Below are positions 46,314 through 55,971 of a DNA stretch of 64,000 nucleotides, in pieces. The first letter of the stretch is position 1. Every line of letters starts with the position of its first letter. Position numbers and translations under genes: made by a program. This DNA comes from Verrucomicrobiaceae bacterium (GTDB lineage: Bacteria > Verrucomicrobiota > Verrucomicrobiia > Verrucomicrobiales > Akkermansiaceae), in contig JBPOGH010000001.1 of assembly GCA_051252135.1 (NCBI GenBank), positions 224,001 to 288,000 of the forward strand, read 5' to 3'. The notes under the pieces were generated by a model. That model ran no database searches and had not been told where the DNA came from. It was given only the letters and a program-made list of their open reading frames with translations.

Positions 46314-47507
46314 TTACTTGCGCTCGGAAATCAGGAGCGGTTGGGACGGGAAGAGTCGCTCGTTGCCTTCAACGATGACGCGGTCCCCAGCATTCAGATC
46401 ATCCGACTTCAGGTAAACAAACCCGGCATCTTGAAAGAGGACTTCGACCGGCAGGCGACGCGCAATAGGGAGAGGGGACCCCTCTGATTCAGTGGCGACA
46501 AAAACTCCGGGGCCGGCATATCCCTGAACGACGGCATTGATGGGGACCGCGAGTCGTTTCTCGCTGCTGGTTACGGGAAGTTCTGCGCTGACCGAGAGCC
46601 CGGGAAGCAAGGCACCCTCGGGATTGGGGAGGGTGAGCACGACCTGCAGAGTGCGGGTCGATTCTTCAGCCTCGGGAATGATCGTCAGAGAAGAGGAGGT
46701 GATTACTTGCCCGGTGGCAGTCACCGTGACGGGAATTTTTTGCCCCTGGATGGCGGTGGCGAATCGCTCGGGGACCTTGAGCCAGGCTTCGATCTCACCT
46801 GAGGAAGTGAGAGTGACAATATGGGCACCTTCGGCGACCCATTCGCCGGGTTCGACATGGCGGCTCACGACACGTCCATCAAACGGTGCGCGGATGCTGA
46901 GATCGGAGAGCCGGACATTGAGGAGTTCGAGACGTGAGCGGGCGGCTTTCAGTGAATCTTCGGCGGCCCGGTAGACCGATTGATCCACGTTGTTGGCGCT
47001 TCTGGCATCGAGCACCTCGGATTCCGAGAGTGCCCTTTGAGCAAACAACTTTTCCTTCATCTCGAGATCGATGGAAGAGCGTTTGACTCGGGATTTCTTC
47101 TGATGAACGAGTGCTTCGGCCACTGTGACTTCGGCGTGGGCTTCCGCGAGGAGGGCTTTGAGACGTCGGGAATCGAGTGTGGCTATGAGATCGTTCTTTT
47201 TCACGATATCCCCTTCGTTGATCTCGATACTGAGAATGGGGCCTGGTTCGAGAGCGGCGATGTCAGAGCGTGAGCGGGCATGCAGCGTGCCGATGATGCG
47301 TTGTGTTTGGGTCGAGATGCGATTCTCAACCGGAGTCATTATTACGGTAGCAGGGGGTGGCCCTGAAGGTGCCCCCTGACCTGCATCATCCGTTGGCTTT
47401 GCCTGGGAGAGGGCTGTGATGCTCCACCAGGCGATGCCGATTACCACGAGAGCCAGGAAGGCGCCAGCGAGAGGAGGGATGCGACGGTTTGAAGAATGAG
47501 ATGACAT
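46314..47507 (-). CDS. RND periplasmic adaptor (MFP)
   Basis: TM anchor, IRAPFDG, LLPG, GDRVIVEG. Confidence 0.93.
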   Translation of the reverse strand: MSSHSSNRRIPPLAGAFLALVVIGIAWWSITALSQAKPTDDAGQGAPSGPPPATVIMTPVENRISTQTQRIIGTLHARSRSDIAALEPGPILSIEINEGDIVKKNDLIATLDSRRLKALLAEAHAEVTVAEALVHQKKSRVKRSSIDLEMKEKLFAQRALSESEVLDARSANNVDQSVYRAAEDSLKAARSRLELLNVRLSDLSIRAPFDGRVVSRHVEPGEWVAEGAHIVTLTSSGEIEAWLKVPERFATAIQGQKIPVTVTATGQVITSSSLTIIPEAEESTRTLQVVLTLPNPEGALLPGLSVSAELPVTSSEKRLAVPINAVVQGYAGPGVFVATESEGSPLPIARRLPVEVLFQDAGFVYLKSDDLNAGDRVIVEGNERLFPSQPLLISERK

Positions 47508-47514
47508 GATGACT

Positions 47515-48141
47515 TTATGAAGTGGTCGAATTTTGAAGTTCGGGCAAAGGAGAGCCTATCAGGCGGCTGACGCTGAAAGTGAGGCGACGAATAGGCGCAG
47601 CATCGTTACTGATACGCGCCTGGGTGAGAGCTCCTTCGACCAAGGTCAGGACGTCGCGAGCCACCTCGGCGGCATCGTCCAACTCGACAAGATTCTCTGC
47701 GACGGCGTCTCGTAATGCGGTGGTGAGGTAGCGATGAATGCGACCCAAGATATCGGCGATTTTATCGGCTACGGCGGGCTCGAGAGTGGACAGCTCCGAG
47801 CCTACATTGAAAAGAGGACATCCGTGGATTTGGCCGTGGAGTTTATGGCACTCGAGGGACTTGTTGAGGCCTCCTGCGAGCCAAGCTGAAATCCTGGAGA
47901 GTGGGGGTTGGCTTGATGAGAAGATCTCGTCAAGCCAGGGGCGGGAGTGATTGTTCCAATGATGTTCGAATGAATCCAGAGCAAGGGCGGCTTTATCGGG
48001 ATAGGCGTGATAGAAAGATCCTTTTTTTACGCCGGCCCTTTCGCAGATGGCATCGATGGTGACCCGACCATAGCTTTGACTCCACATGAGTTCAAAGAGG
48101 GCTTCTTGAAGTTTGATGGGGGTGCTGACGGTCGCTGACAC
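47515..48141 (-). CDS. TetR/AcrR-family regulator (NemR/LmrA-like)
   Basis: HTH IDAICERAGVKKGSFYHAY; GCPLFN motif. Confidence 0.93.
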   Translation of the reverse strand: MSATVSTPIKLQEALFELMWSQSYGRVTIDAICERAGVKKGSFYHAYPDKAALALDSFEHHWNNHSRPWLDEIFSSSQPPLSRISAWLAGGLNKSLECHKLHGQIHGCPLFNVGSELSTLEPAVADKIADILGRIHRYLTTALRDAVAENLVELDDAAEVARDVLTLVEGALTQARISNDAAPIRRLTFSVSRLIGSPLPELQNSTTS

Positions 48142-48147
48142 GGCGGC

Positions 48148-48175
48148 ACGCTAGTTGACCTTTTAGTCAAATCAA
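48148..48175 (-). promoter_or_regulatory. Leaderless-type promoter with TetR operator palindrome
   Basis: Minus strand TTGATT-16 bp-TAGCGT-6 bp-GTG; palindrome TTGAC-N6-GTCAA at 48155-48170 fills the spacer. Confidence 0.7.
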
Positions 48176-48194
48176 GCGGTATTGTGATTTCCCG

Positions 48195-50432
48195 CTAGAA
48201 AGTTCCGTTTAATTTTCGACCCATCCAAAAGATGGAAAGCAGGACAATTAGGATGGTAGGGGCGAGCCAATGGGCCCATAGCTTGATGGAGTCGACGAGC
48301 GGCTGTGGCTCCGGGAGGGCATTGATTTCCTCGACCAATTGGTCAAGTTGACCGGCGGTGACGACGCGCCCTTTGGAGACTTTCGCCATTTCCTCGAGGA
48401 CATCGAAGCGGGCGGGGAGTCCGGCTTTTTCGATGGGGTCGGTTTGGGAGATGATCTTGGTTTCAATCCCGGCGGCTTCATCGTCTTCGACAAAGGCGTT
48501 CACTTTCCAGGTGCCGGGTTGGTCAATCTTGAAGCTCCCACTGAAGGCTCCCCAAGCGGCGTCTTCCTGAACGAGTTCGAGTCGGCGCGAGGTGCTATCC
48601 GGCGCGGTGAGGTCGATTTGGACGACGCCATCAGAGAGCGGGGCGCCTTCTTTTGAAAAGGCGTTTGCAGTGAGGAAGACCGATTCGCCGGGCTTGGGGC
48701 GTTCGGGGGAGAAGTAGACGCGGACGCGTTCGCCTGCGGCCATGTTTCGCTGGTAGGACATCCAACGGGCAACCTGCCCCCAGAAGCGGTAGTGGTAGAG
48801 GTCTTCAACGCCACGACGCCAGCGCCATGCTGAGTCGATGGCCATATACAGGACTTTTCCGGAGCCCGCCCGTGAGGTGACGAGGATGGGAATTCGGCCG
48901 GAGGAATTGCGACGGTTGTCGTTGACGGCGAGGACTTGCGACCCGGCTTTGGCCTTCACGACGGGAGCATGCCAGTAGAATCCCGGGAGGCTCTGCCAGA
49001 TGGATTCGTTTTGACGCTCATCATCGCCGAGCATGGTGAGGAGGCTTTTTTCGCCCTCACCGGTGAGGCGCATGGGTGAAGCGGTGGGATCGCTAAAGCC
49101 CTCCTTGCGCTCAGCATCGAGAACAACAGGGATGAGATCAGCGAGTTCGGATTGCTCGAGCTCGAATTGTTTGCCGCGGGGTCCGGGGATGAAGACGACT
49201 CCGGAGGCCTGATTTTCGACAAGTCCCTTGACGAGGTTGGCTTGCTCGATGGTGAGGCCGCCCTCGCCAATGCCGACATCGCCGATGAATACGACATCGT
49301 ATTTTTGCAGGGTTTCAAGGTCTTCAGGGAAGGCGTCGATATAATCGGGACCGTCGCCGGCGCCCAATTGCGGGTGAAGAAGGAGGCAGTCGACTTTGAC
49401 TCCGGGATCACGGGAGAGGGCGTTGCGGATGAAGCGATACTCCCAACGGGGGAGCGATTCAACGACGAGGACGCGAATAGACTCCGGCTTACCGGCCATG
49501 ACGAATTCACGGGAGTTATTACCCTCCACCAATTCATCATTGGCGAAGGGGATCGAAAGGGTGAGTTTGGTAGCGCCCTCTTTTTCGATTCGCCAGAGGA
49601 TGGAGTCAAAATAGGTTCCATTGGCGGGGATAACGATGTCCTTTGTCCGTTCCTTGCCTGTTTCGCTTCGAAGGCGGACGACGGTGCGGACGTCCCGGCC
49701 CAGTGATGACTCGATGGTGAAGGGGATTTGCACGTTTTCACCGACGATTCCGTAGGTGGGTGCGTTGACCGACTCGAGGTCGAGATCAGCGAGGCGCTGG
49801 GCACTACCGGCGCTCAGGGCGTAGAGCGGGATGCCGCGGATGCGCATTTGTTGAGCTGCATCGACAGGGGATTTGCCGAGGTTCCACGTCCCATCGCCCA
49901 TAAGAATGACGGCGCGCAGGTTCCGCCCTGCTTCGAGGATTCCTTTGAGCGCTCCATTGATATCGGTGCCCGACATGGTGTTGAGGGTCTCGTCATCTCC
50001 TTCAGGGGGAGCGCCGAAGGCGGAGAGAGTGACCCGGTTCTTGTCATCGGACTCAAAAGATTTCCAAAATTCGGTCTCGCGGATTTGATCGACGAGCTCG
50101 GAGCGACGGACGACCTTTTCAGTGTCTGACATCGACTTGGGAAGACGTGCATCCTCGGTGCTCATCGAGTAGGACTCATCCCAGACGATGGCGATCTCGG
50201 GTTTGAGATCGGAAGACTGAACGGTGCGCCATTCCGGACCAAGAAGCATGGCGGAAGCAAAGAGGACGCAGAAAAAACGAAGTGCTTCCAGGGTGCCGGT
50301 GCGCTTGGGACGAGCCGAACGCCTGACCGCGACGAGGCAGAGGACCGCGGTCACCACGAGGGCGAGGGTGACGAGAACGAAGATCGTCGTGCTGGCCTGA
50401 AAATGGAGATTGCCGAAGTGGAAATGCTTCAC
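48195..50432 (-). CDS. Membrane-anchored vWA-like / GATase1-like domain protein (MoxR operon partner)
   Basis: WDESYSM MIDAS-like motif, PRWEYRFIRNAL.RD, YDVVFIGDV, SAWRWRR; TMs at both termini. Confidence 0.75.
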   Translation of the reverse strand: MKHFHFGNLHFQASTTIFVLVTLALVVTAVLCLVAVRRSARPKRTGTLEALRFFCVLFASAMLLGPEWRTVQSSDLKPEIAIVWDESYSMSTEDARLPKSMSDTEKVVRRSELVDQIRETEFWKSFESDDKNRVTLSAFGAPPEGDDETLNTMSGTDINGALKGILEAGRNLRAVILMGDGTWNLGKSPVDAAQQMRIRGIPLYALSAGSAQRLADLDLESVNAPTYGIVGENVQIPFTIESSLGRDVRTVVRLRSETGKERTKDIVIPANGTYFDSILWRIEKEGATKLTLSIPFANDELVEGNNSREFVMAGKPESIRVLVVESLPRWEYRFIRNALSRDPGVKVDCLLLHPQLGAGDGPDYIDAFPEDLETLQKYDVVFIGDVGIGEGGLTIEQANLVKGLVENQASGVVFIPGPRGKQFELEQSELADLIPVVLDAERKEGFSDPTASPMRLTGEGEKSLLTMLGDDERQNESIWQSLPGFYWHAPVVKAKAGSQVLAVNDNRRNSSGRIPILVTSRAGSGKVLYMAIDSAWRWRRGVEDLYHYRFWGQVARWMSYQRNMAAGERVRVYFSPERPKPGESVFLTANAFSKEGAPLSDGVVQIDLTAPDSTSRRLELVQEDAAWGAFSGSFKIDQPGTWKVNAFVEDDEAAGIETKIISQTDPIEKAGLPARFDVLEEMAKVSKGRVVTAGQLDQLVEEINALPEPQPLVDSIKLWAHWLAPTILIVLLSIFWMGRKLNGTF

Positions 50433-52420
50433 GAGGCAGGGGAGGGTTGGGTGGAGCCTTTTACCGGCTTGCCGGATGGGCGGGGTTGAAGGCAGAGGAG
50501 GGCTTCCGCGATGAGGAAGAGAAGAACGGCGATGAGAAACGCGCGCCAGGCTTCTTTGACGAAGTCGTCTTCCGATTTATCGTCGGTGAAGAGCGAGTAG
50601 GAAGTGCCAGCGAGGATTTCGTCGAGGGTTTCTTCGTTGATGCGTTCGGGGGAGGCTTCCTCGGTGTCGCGATTGACGGCTACGGTGCGTTCACCGAGGC
50701 GGTAGACTCCTGCCCGGTAGTGGTCTTGGGCAGGATCAAAGTCCTCGAAAGTGTCGAGGCGGGTGCGAATTTCGTCGTTCTTAATGGCTGCTTTTTCGCT
50801 GCCGGCAAGGGCGCGGAAGCCAGAGTGAAGCCGGTCGTTGCCTTTCTGAATCAGGCGCTGGACTCCGACGAGGTGCAGAGCGGTGAATTCGAGATTGGAC
50901 CACCGATCGTCGGGGAGAGTGCCCATGAAAATCACAGTTCCCGATCCGGTCAGATAGCGAAGCAGGAGAGGGGACTTATCATCCCATTCAGCGAGGATGG
51001 CGCCTTCTCCTTCGATTTTTCGACGTTTCACGGCGCGGAGTTCTTTGACCGGGAGCGGGTCGCCATTGACCCCGTGTGCCCAAGGGCCGTCATCAGGAAC
51101 CCACTGGCCGGCGATGAAGAATTGCTCATCCGGGGCGAGCTGAACCTCACCCCAGGAGAGGCCGAAAATTGATTCGGAAGAAGGGACTTCAGAGGGAGCG
51201 AAGAGGAGGGAACCTCCACCCTCGACAAACTGGATCAGCTGAGAAGCGATGGCTCCTTTGGGGATGGCGGATTGCCAAATGACGAGGGATGCGACGGACC
51301 AATCGATACGACTGCTTTCGACCGGGGTGATGACTTCACAGGTGAAGCGATCGAATCCCGGAGGGGAGGCCGCGCGGCGAAGAAAGCTGGCAGCTTCGCT
51401 GGTTGGTTCGTCGGTGACGAGATAGCTGGTGACCTTGGCGCGCGGTCCGTAGGCGAAGAAGACGGCGTTGTCGCGAGGGTTGTTATCGGAGGTGAGTCCG
51501 GCCCAGCCGTGACCGCTTTCTTCGGCGTTGCCAAGCGGGAGACGTTTTTGGAATCGGGTCTCCTGTCCGCTGATGGTGACGCGCTCCGAGGACCGGGCCC
51601 CGTTGAGGGAGAAGGTGAGTGCCACCGAGGCTTCGCCTGTGGTTTCGCTTCGAATGAGACGGAGGTCCAGAAAGAGGTCGTCCTCGATACGGCGGGAAGA
51701 GATCAGCTCAAGAGCGAGATTTTCCTTCTTTTTCTGATCGGCAGCGAGGATGCGAAGCTTGGTTTGAGTGGGGAGGTTTTCGATCCCGCTTTGGACGGCT
51801 TGCCAGCGGCTGTCGCTGACCTTCCAGTCACCTCGTTGGAGATCAGAGGCGACCCAGATTTCGGCTTTGCCGGGCTGTGTTTCCTGAAGGTAGTCGATGG
51901 CAGTCGTGATGAGGAGCGGGATGTCAGCCTGGGTATCGGTGGCCTGGGTGAATGAGAGATCGGGAAGAACATCGGGAGAGGCTACATCTTGAACTTCGCC
52001 AGAGGCGCTATCGATTAGGACGAGGCGCGGATTGCCCATAGTCTTGATGGCGTTGCCGATGCGTTCGAGGACGGCTTCACGTTGGCTGGGCTGCCCATCA
52101 CCGCTGCGAACTTCCATGCTGGGTGAGCGATCGAGAACGAGAACCACCGTTTCCACCGAACCACCACCCCAACCAAGAAAGTTGCTGAGAAGCGGACGGG
52201 CGACAGCGAAGATGAGAGCGGCTACGGCAAGAGTGCGGCAGACGAGAATGAGAATGTGTTTGAGGCGTTTTTTACCGCGTGATTCGCGGCTAGCCTTTAA
52301 AAGAAAGGTGGTTGCCGCCCACTTCACGGTGCGAAATCGCCGGCGATTCAAGAGGTGAATCACCACCGGTATGGCAGCGGCAAGGAGCCCCCAAAGGAGC
52401 GCTGGAGCGAGGAAGTTCAA
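50429..52420 (-). CDS. BatA-domain + vWA protein
   Basis: MNFLAP.LLWGL.AAAIPVVIHLLNRRR BatA start; LDRSPSM MIDAS motif. Confidence 0.88.
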   Translation of the reverse strand: MNFLAPALLWGLLAAAIPVVIHLLNRRRFRTVKWAATTFLLKASRESRGKKRLKHILILVCRTLAVAALIFAVARPLLSNFLGWGGGSVETVVLVLDRSPSMEVRSGDGQPSQREAVLERIGNAIKTMGNPRLVLIDSASGEVQDVASPDVLPDLSFTQATDTQADIPLLITTAIDYLQETQPGKAEIWVASDLQRGDWKVSDSRWQAVQSGIENLPTQTKLRILAADQKKKENLALELISSRRIEDDLFLDLRLIRSETTGEASVALTFSLNGARSSERVTISGQETRFQKRLPLGNAEESGHGWAGLTSDNNPRDNAVFFAYGPRAKVTSYLVTDEPTSEAASFLRRAASPPGFDRFTCEVITPVESSRIDWSVASLVIWQSAIPKGAIASQLIQFVEGGGSLLFAPSEVPSSESIFGLSWGEVQLAPDEQFFIAGQWVPDDGPWAHGVNGDPLPVKELRAVKRRKIEGEGAILAEWDDKSPLLLRYLTGSGTVIFMGTLPDDRWSNLEFTALHLVGVQRLIQKGNDRLHSGFRALAGSEKAAIKNDEIRTRLDTFEDFDPAQDHYRAGVYRLGERTVAVNRDTEEASPERINEETLDEILAGTSYSLFTDDKSEDDFVKEAWRAFLIAVLLFLIAEALLCLQPRPSGKPVKGSTQPSPAS

Positions 52421-52429
52421 GGGTAAGGG

Positions 52430-53323
52430 TTAACGTTTTTTGGTGAGACGTCCGGTAATGAAGTTGGAAACGATTTCCTCGTAGTTCGCGTTTGTTTGCA
52501 AGAGCTGGTAGTCGGCATTGACGCCGTGGCAGTTCTGCTCAGTGGTGATGAGGAATTCGTTGAGCGCTTCGTGATACTCATCGACGATGAGGTTTGGCTC
52601 AGCGACGACGGTGGTGCCATCCTCCAGATCGATGAAGCGGTGAGGTCGCTCAAAATGGAATTCGACCTCCTGGGGGTCGAGGAGATGGAAGACGGCAATG
52701 TCGTGCTTCCGAAAGCGGAGGTGCTGGAGAGCTTTGGCGAACTCATCGGTGTCAGCGAAGAGGTCGGAAAGAATGACCACGAGCGCGCGCTGTTGAATCT
52801 TTTCTGCGATCAGGTGGAGGGCGTCAACGAGGCCCGTTTCACCGCTCGGTTCCAAATTTTGAAGGGACTCAAAAATGTGCTGCAGTTGGGCTGCGCGGCG
52901 GCTGGGAGGAATCTCAAGGTGCAGCTTATCATTGCAACAAGAGAGTCCGGCGGAGTCGCCTTGATTGACAATGAGGTAGCTCAAGGTGGCTGCGATTCTG
53001 CGGGCGAAGTCGATCTTGGTAGGGTTCTCGCCGGAGGAGAAATTCATCGAACCGGAGGAGTCGACGACAAAATAGGCCCGCAGGTTGGTGTCGGCCTCGA
53101 ACTCTTTAATGTAGTATCGGTCCGAGCGTGCGTAGGCTTTCCAGTCGAGTCGGCGGGTGTCATCGCCCGGGACGTACTTGCGGTATTCGGCGAATTCGAC
53201 CGACGATCCACGATGCGGAGACCGGTGACGGCCCGCGACATTTCCCACCATGGGAAAACGCGACTCCATCGGGATCGCGCCGAGTCGGCCGAGCACGTCA
53301 GTATCGAGGAAGTCGTATTTCAT
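52430..53323 (-). CDS. DUF58 domain protein
   Basis: G.HRS...GSSVEFAEYRKYVPGDD.R.LDWK motif. Confidence 0.93.
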   Translation of the reverse strand: MKYDFLDTDVLGRLGAIPMESRFPMVGNVAGRHRSPHRGSSVEFAEYRKYVPGDDTRRLDWKAYARSDRYYIKEFEADTNLRAYFVVDSSGSMNFSSGENPTKIDFARRIAATLSYLIVNQGDSAGLSCCNDKLHLEIPPSRRAAQLQHIFESLQNLEPSGETGLVDALHLIAEKIQQRALVVILSDLFADTDEFAKALQHLRFRKHDIAVFHLLDPQEVEFHFERPHRFIDLEDGTTVVAEPNLIVDEYHEALNEFLITTEQNCHGVNADYQLLQTNANYEEIVSNFITGRLTKKR

Positions 53324-53353
53324 GAGACTCTGGGCCGCGTCGGGTTACGCCGA

Positions 53354-54970
53354 CTAGGCATCGTCCCGCATCTCTTCGATGAGGCGTGCGACAATCTTCT
53401 TGGAAGTCATTCCCTGGGATTCGGCCGAGAAATTGGTGAGCACCCGATGGCTCAGCACAGGCTGGGCGACGGCCTCAATGTCTTCCAAAGAGGCCATGTA
53501 AGTGCCACGAAGAGCAGCGCGAGCTTTGCATCCTAAAATAAGGTACTGCACGGCACGAGGTCCCGCACCCCAGCCGACAAATTCCTTGATCCACTCGGGG
53601 GCTTCTTCGGAATCGGGACGGGTGCGGCGGACGATTTCGACCGCGTAGTCGTAAATATGATCGGGGACCGGGACGCGGCGGACGAGGCTCTGGTAGTCGA
53701 GCACTTCCTGTCCGGTGAGGAGAGGATTGAGAGGCGCCTTGTCGACTCCGGTGGTCTCGCGAGCGATGCGACGTTCCTCGGCTTCGGTTGGGTAATCGAC
53801 ATCGATAAGGAACATGAAGCGGTCAAGCTGGGCTTCGGGGAGCGGATAGGTTCCTTCCTGTTCAACAGGGTTTTGAGTCGCGAGGACAAAGAAAGGCGCG
53901 TCGAGCTGGTAAGTGCGGCCCAGCACGGTGACATGACGTTCCTGCATCGCCTCGAGCATGGCGGACTGGGTTTTGGCCGGTGCGCGGTTGATTTCGTCGG
54001 CGAGCACGATATTGGAAAAGACGGGGCCTTTCACGAACTCGAACTGGCGCTTCCCGCCTTCGCCATTCTCCTGAATGATGTCGGTTCCGGAAATATCGGC
54101 CGGCATGAGGTCGGGCGTGAACTGAATCCGGTTGAAGTCGAGGTTCATGGTCTCGGCGACCGAAGAGACGAGAAGAGTCTTGGCCAATCCGGGAACCCCC
54201 ATGAGGAGACCGTGTCCGCGAGCGAAAAGGCAGATTGCCAATTGTTCAATCACATCCTCCTGGCCGATAATGACTTTCCCGAGTTCGTTTTTGAAAGCCT
54301 GATACTTTTGCCCGAGTAGATCGATAGCGGCTACGTCATCTGGAGGAAGGGTTCCATCGTTAGGGAGTTCCATTGGTGTGGAATCAACAGGGGCCTCGTC
54401 CTGCCCAGAGGACGAATTTTCATACACAACAGGCCCTGTGATCTTGGCAGGGGAGGGAACGATGATTTTTTGAGGAGCGGAATCCAGCATGAGAGGGATG
54501 TGGGTGAGTTGGGATCGGTCGATCTTTACGGGTGAAGGGATGGAGATTTTTTGAGGAGGGTAAATTGGTTCCGGTATCAGATAGTCGATTTTGGATCGAT
54601 TAATCTCGACTGGCCGGGGCACGACAATTGTCGGCGCTGAAGGTTGCGGAGAAAGATACTCCACGGGGCCGGTGATTTTTGCAGGAGCCGGGACTTTAAT
54701 CTTGGTCGGAGAAGGATCCGGGGCGAGATACTCGACCGGACCGGTAATCCTGGCAGGTGCGGGCACGACGATTTTAGCGGTAATCGGTTCCGCGAATGGA
54801 GGGGGAGTTTGATCCGAATGGGCGGCATCGTCCTGAAGAGAGCGCGCCTCTTCAGGGGAATTGTCTGATGAAATCAGAGCTTTGATTCGGTCTGCGAAGG
54901 ATGACTTTTTGATAACGATAATGAAGCTACTAAGCTCCGGCTCTTTGGCAAGCCCCTGTACTGGATTCAC
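53354..54970 (-). CDS. MoxR-family AAA+ ATPase with N-terminal proline-rich repeats (start uncertain)
   Basis: GVPGLAKT, RIQFTPDLMPADI, DEINR, ATQNP.EQEGTYPLPEAQLDRF. GTG 54970 avoids overlap with the divergent gene. Confidence 0.85.
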   Translation of the reverse strand: MNPVQGLAKEPELSSFIIVIKKSSFADRIKALISSDNSPEEARSLQDDAAHSDQTPPPFAEPITAKIVVPAPARITGPVEYLAPDPSPTKIKVPAPAKITGPVEYLSPQPSAPTIVVPRPVEINRSKIDYLIPEPIYPPQKISIPSPVKIDRSQLTHIPLMLDSAPQKIIVPSPAKITGPVVYENSSSGQDEAPVDSTPMELPNDGTLPPDDVAAIDLLGQKYQAFKNELGKVIIGQEDVIEQLAICLFARGHGLLMGVPGLAKTLLVSSVAETMNLDFNRIQFTPDLMPADISGTDIIQENGEGGKRQFEFVKGPVFSNIVLADEINRAPAKTQSAMLEAMQERHVTVLGRTYQLDAPFFVLATQNPVEQEGTYPLPEAQLDRFMFLIDVDYPTEAEERRIARETTGVDKAPLNPLLTGQEVLDYQSLVRRVPVPDHIYDYAVEIVRRTRPDSEEAPEWIKEFVGWGAGPRAVQYLILGCKARAALRGTYMASLEDIEAVAQPVLSHRVLTNFSAESQGMTSKKIVARLIEEMRDDA

Positions 54971-55006
54971 AAACGCTGGATTTTTTCTCCCGATCCGATC
55001 AAAACA

Positions 55007-55927
55007 ATGGCGAACACGATGAGCGCTCCCTACGAAGTCCTGCTTTACTACAAATATTGCACCATAGCTGACCCCGATGGCTATGCCGATGAACACCGGC
55101 AGCTTTGCCAGCGATTGAACCTCAAAGGCCGTATTTTAATCGCCAAGGAAGGGATCAATGGCACCGTCTCGGGACTGGTGGGGGACACCGAAGAGTATCG
55201 CAGAGTTCTCGACGCCGACCCGGTGATGGCTGGCATCGCCTGGAAAATTGACCCTGAAGGAGATCATGTGTTCCCAAAGCTCTCGATCAAGGTTCGTGAT
55301 GAGGTTGTTACGCTGGGGTTGGGTGAGGATGATTTTTCTCCCGAGGACCTGACGGCGACCCACCTCAAGCCAAGGGAGTGGAAGGAGGCGATGAAGGAAA
55401 ATGACGTCGTGATGATCGACGCCCGTAACGATTACGAATGGGAGATTGGGCGCTTTGAAGGGGCAATTCTTCCGGATGTGCCGAGCTTTCGCGATCTTCC
55501 CAAGTGGATTAGGGATCACCGTTCGGAGTTGGAGGGGAAGAAGATCCTCACCTACTGCACCGGAGGGATTCGGTGTGAGAAATTCAGTGGATTCCTTTTA
55601 AAAGAAGGCCTGGAGGATGTTTACCAGCTGGACGGCGGAATTGTCACTTATGGTAAGGACGAGGAGGTGAAAGGAGCGGGATTTGAAGGTGAATGCTATG
55701 TTTTTGATCAACGCTTGAGCGTTCCGGTGAATCGCACGCCGGAGGCGACCATTATCTCGAGCTGCGCACTCTGCGGTAAGACCTCAATTCGCTACCGAAA
55801 CTGCTCCTGGAAACCCTGTAACGAGCAGTTCATTTGTTGTGAACAGTGTGAAAGTGAAAAGGGCTGCTTCTGCGCACCTGTTTGCAAAGAGGCCGCCACG
55901 ATCAGTCCGGTGGCGGTGACCGGCTGA
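55007..55927 (+). CDS. trhO: Rhodanese-domain tRNA U34 hydroxylase (TrhO/YceA, UPF0176)
   Basis: GRILIAKEGINGT, DARNDYE..IGRF.GA, YCTGGIRCEK, Cys-rich C-terminus. Confidence 0.88.
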   Translation: MANTMSAPYEVLLYYKYCTIADPDGYADEHRQLCQRLNLKGRILIAKEGINGTVSGLVGDTEEYRRVLDADPVMAGIAWKIDPEGDHVFPKLSIKVRDEVVTLGLGEDDFSPEDLTATHLKPREWKEAMKENDVVMIDARNDYEWEIGRFEGAILPDVPSFRDLPKWIRDHRSELEGKKILTYCTGGIRCEKFSGFLLKEGLEDVYQLDGGIVTYGKDEEVKGAGFEGECYVFDQRLSVPVNRTPEATIISSCALCGKTSIRYRNCSWKPCNEQFICCEQCESEKGCFCAPVCKEAATISPVAVTG

Positions 55928-55971
55928 AAAAGCCCCTCGTCAAGTCCGCCTGGCGAGGGTATGGACCGCGC

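Noticed and set aside
54971..55096. ORF-track 5' extension of MoxR (similar over-long starts for pgm, lnt, argA, gldF-like, phoH)
   Set aside because: These extensions overlap neighbouring real genes; downstream starts fit the family N-termini better.
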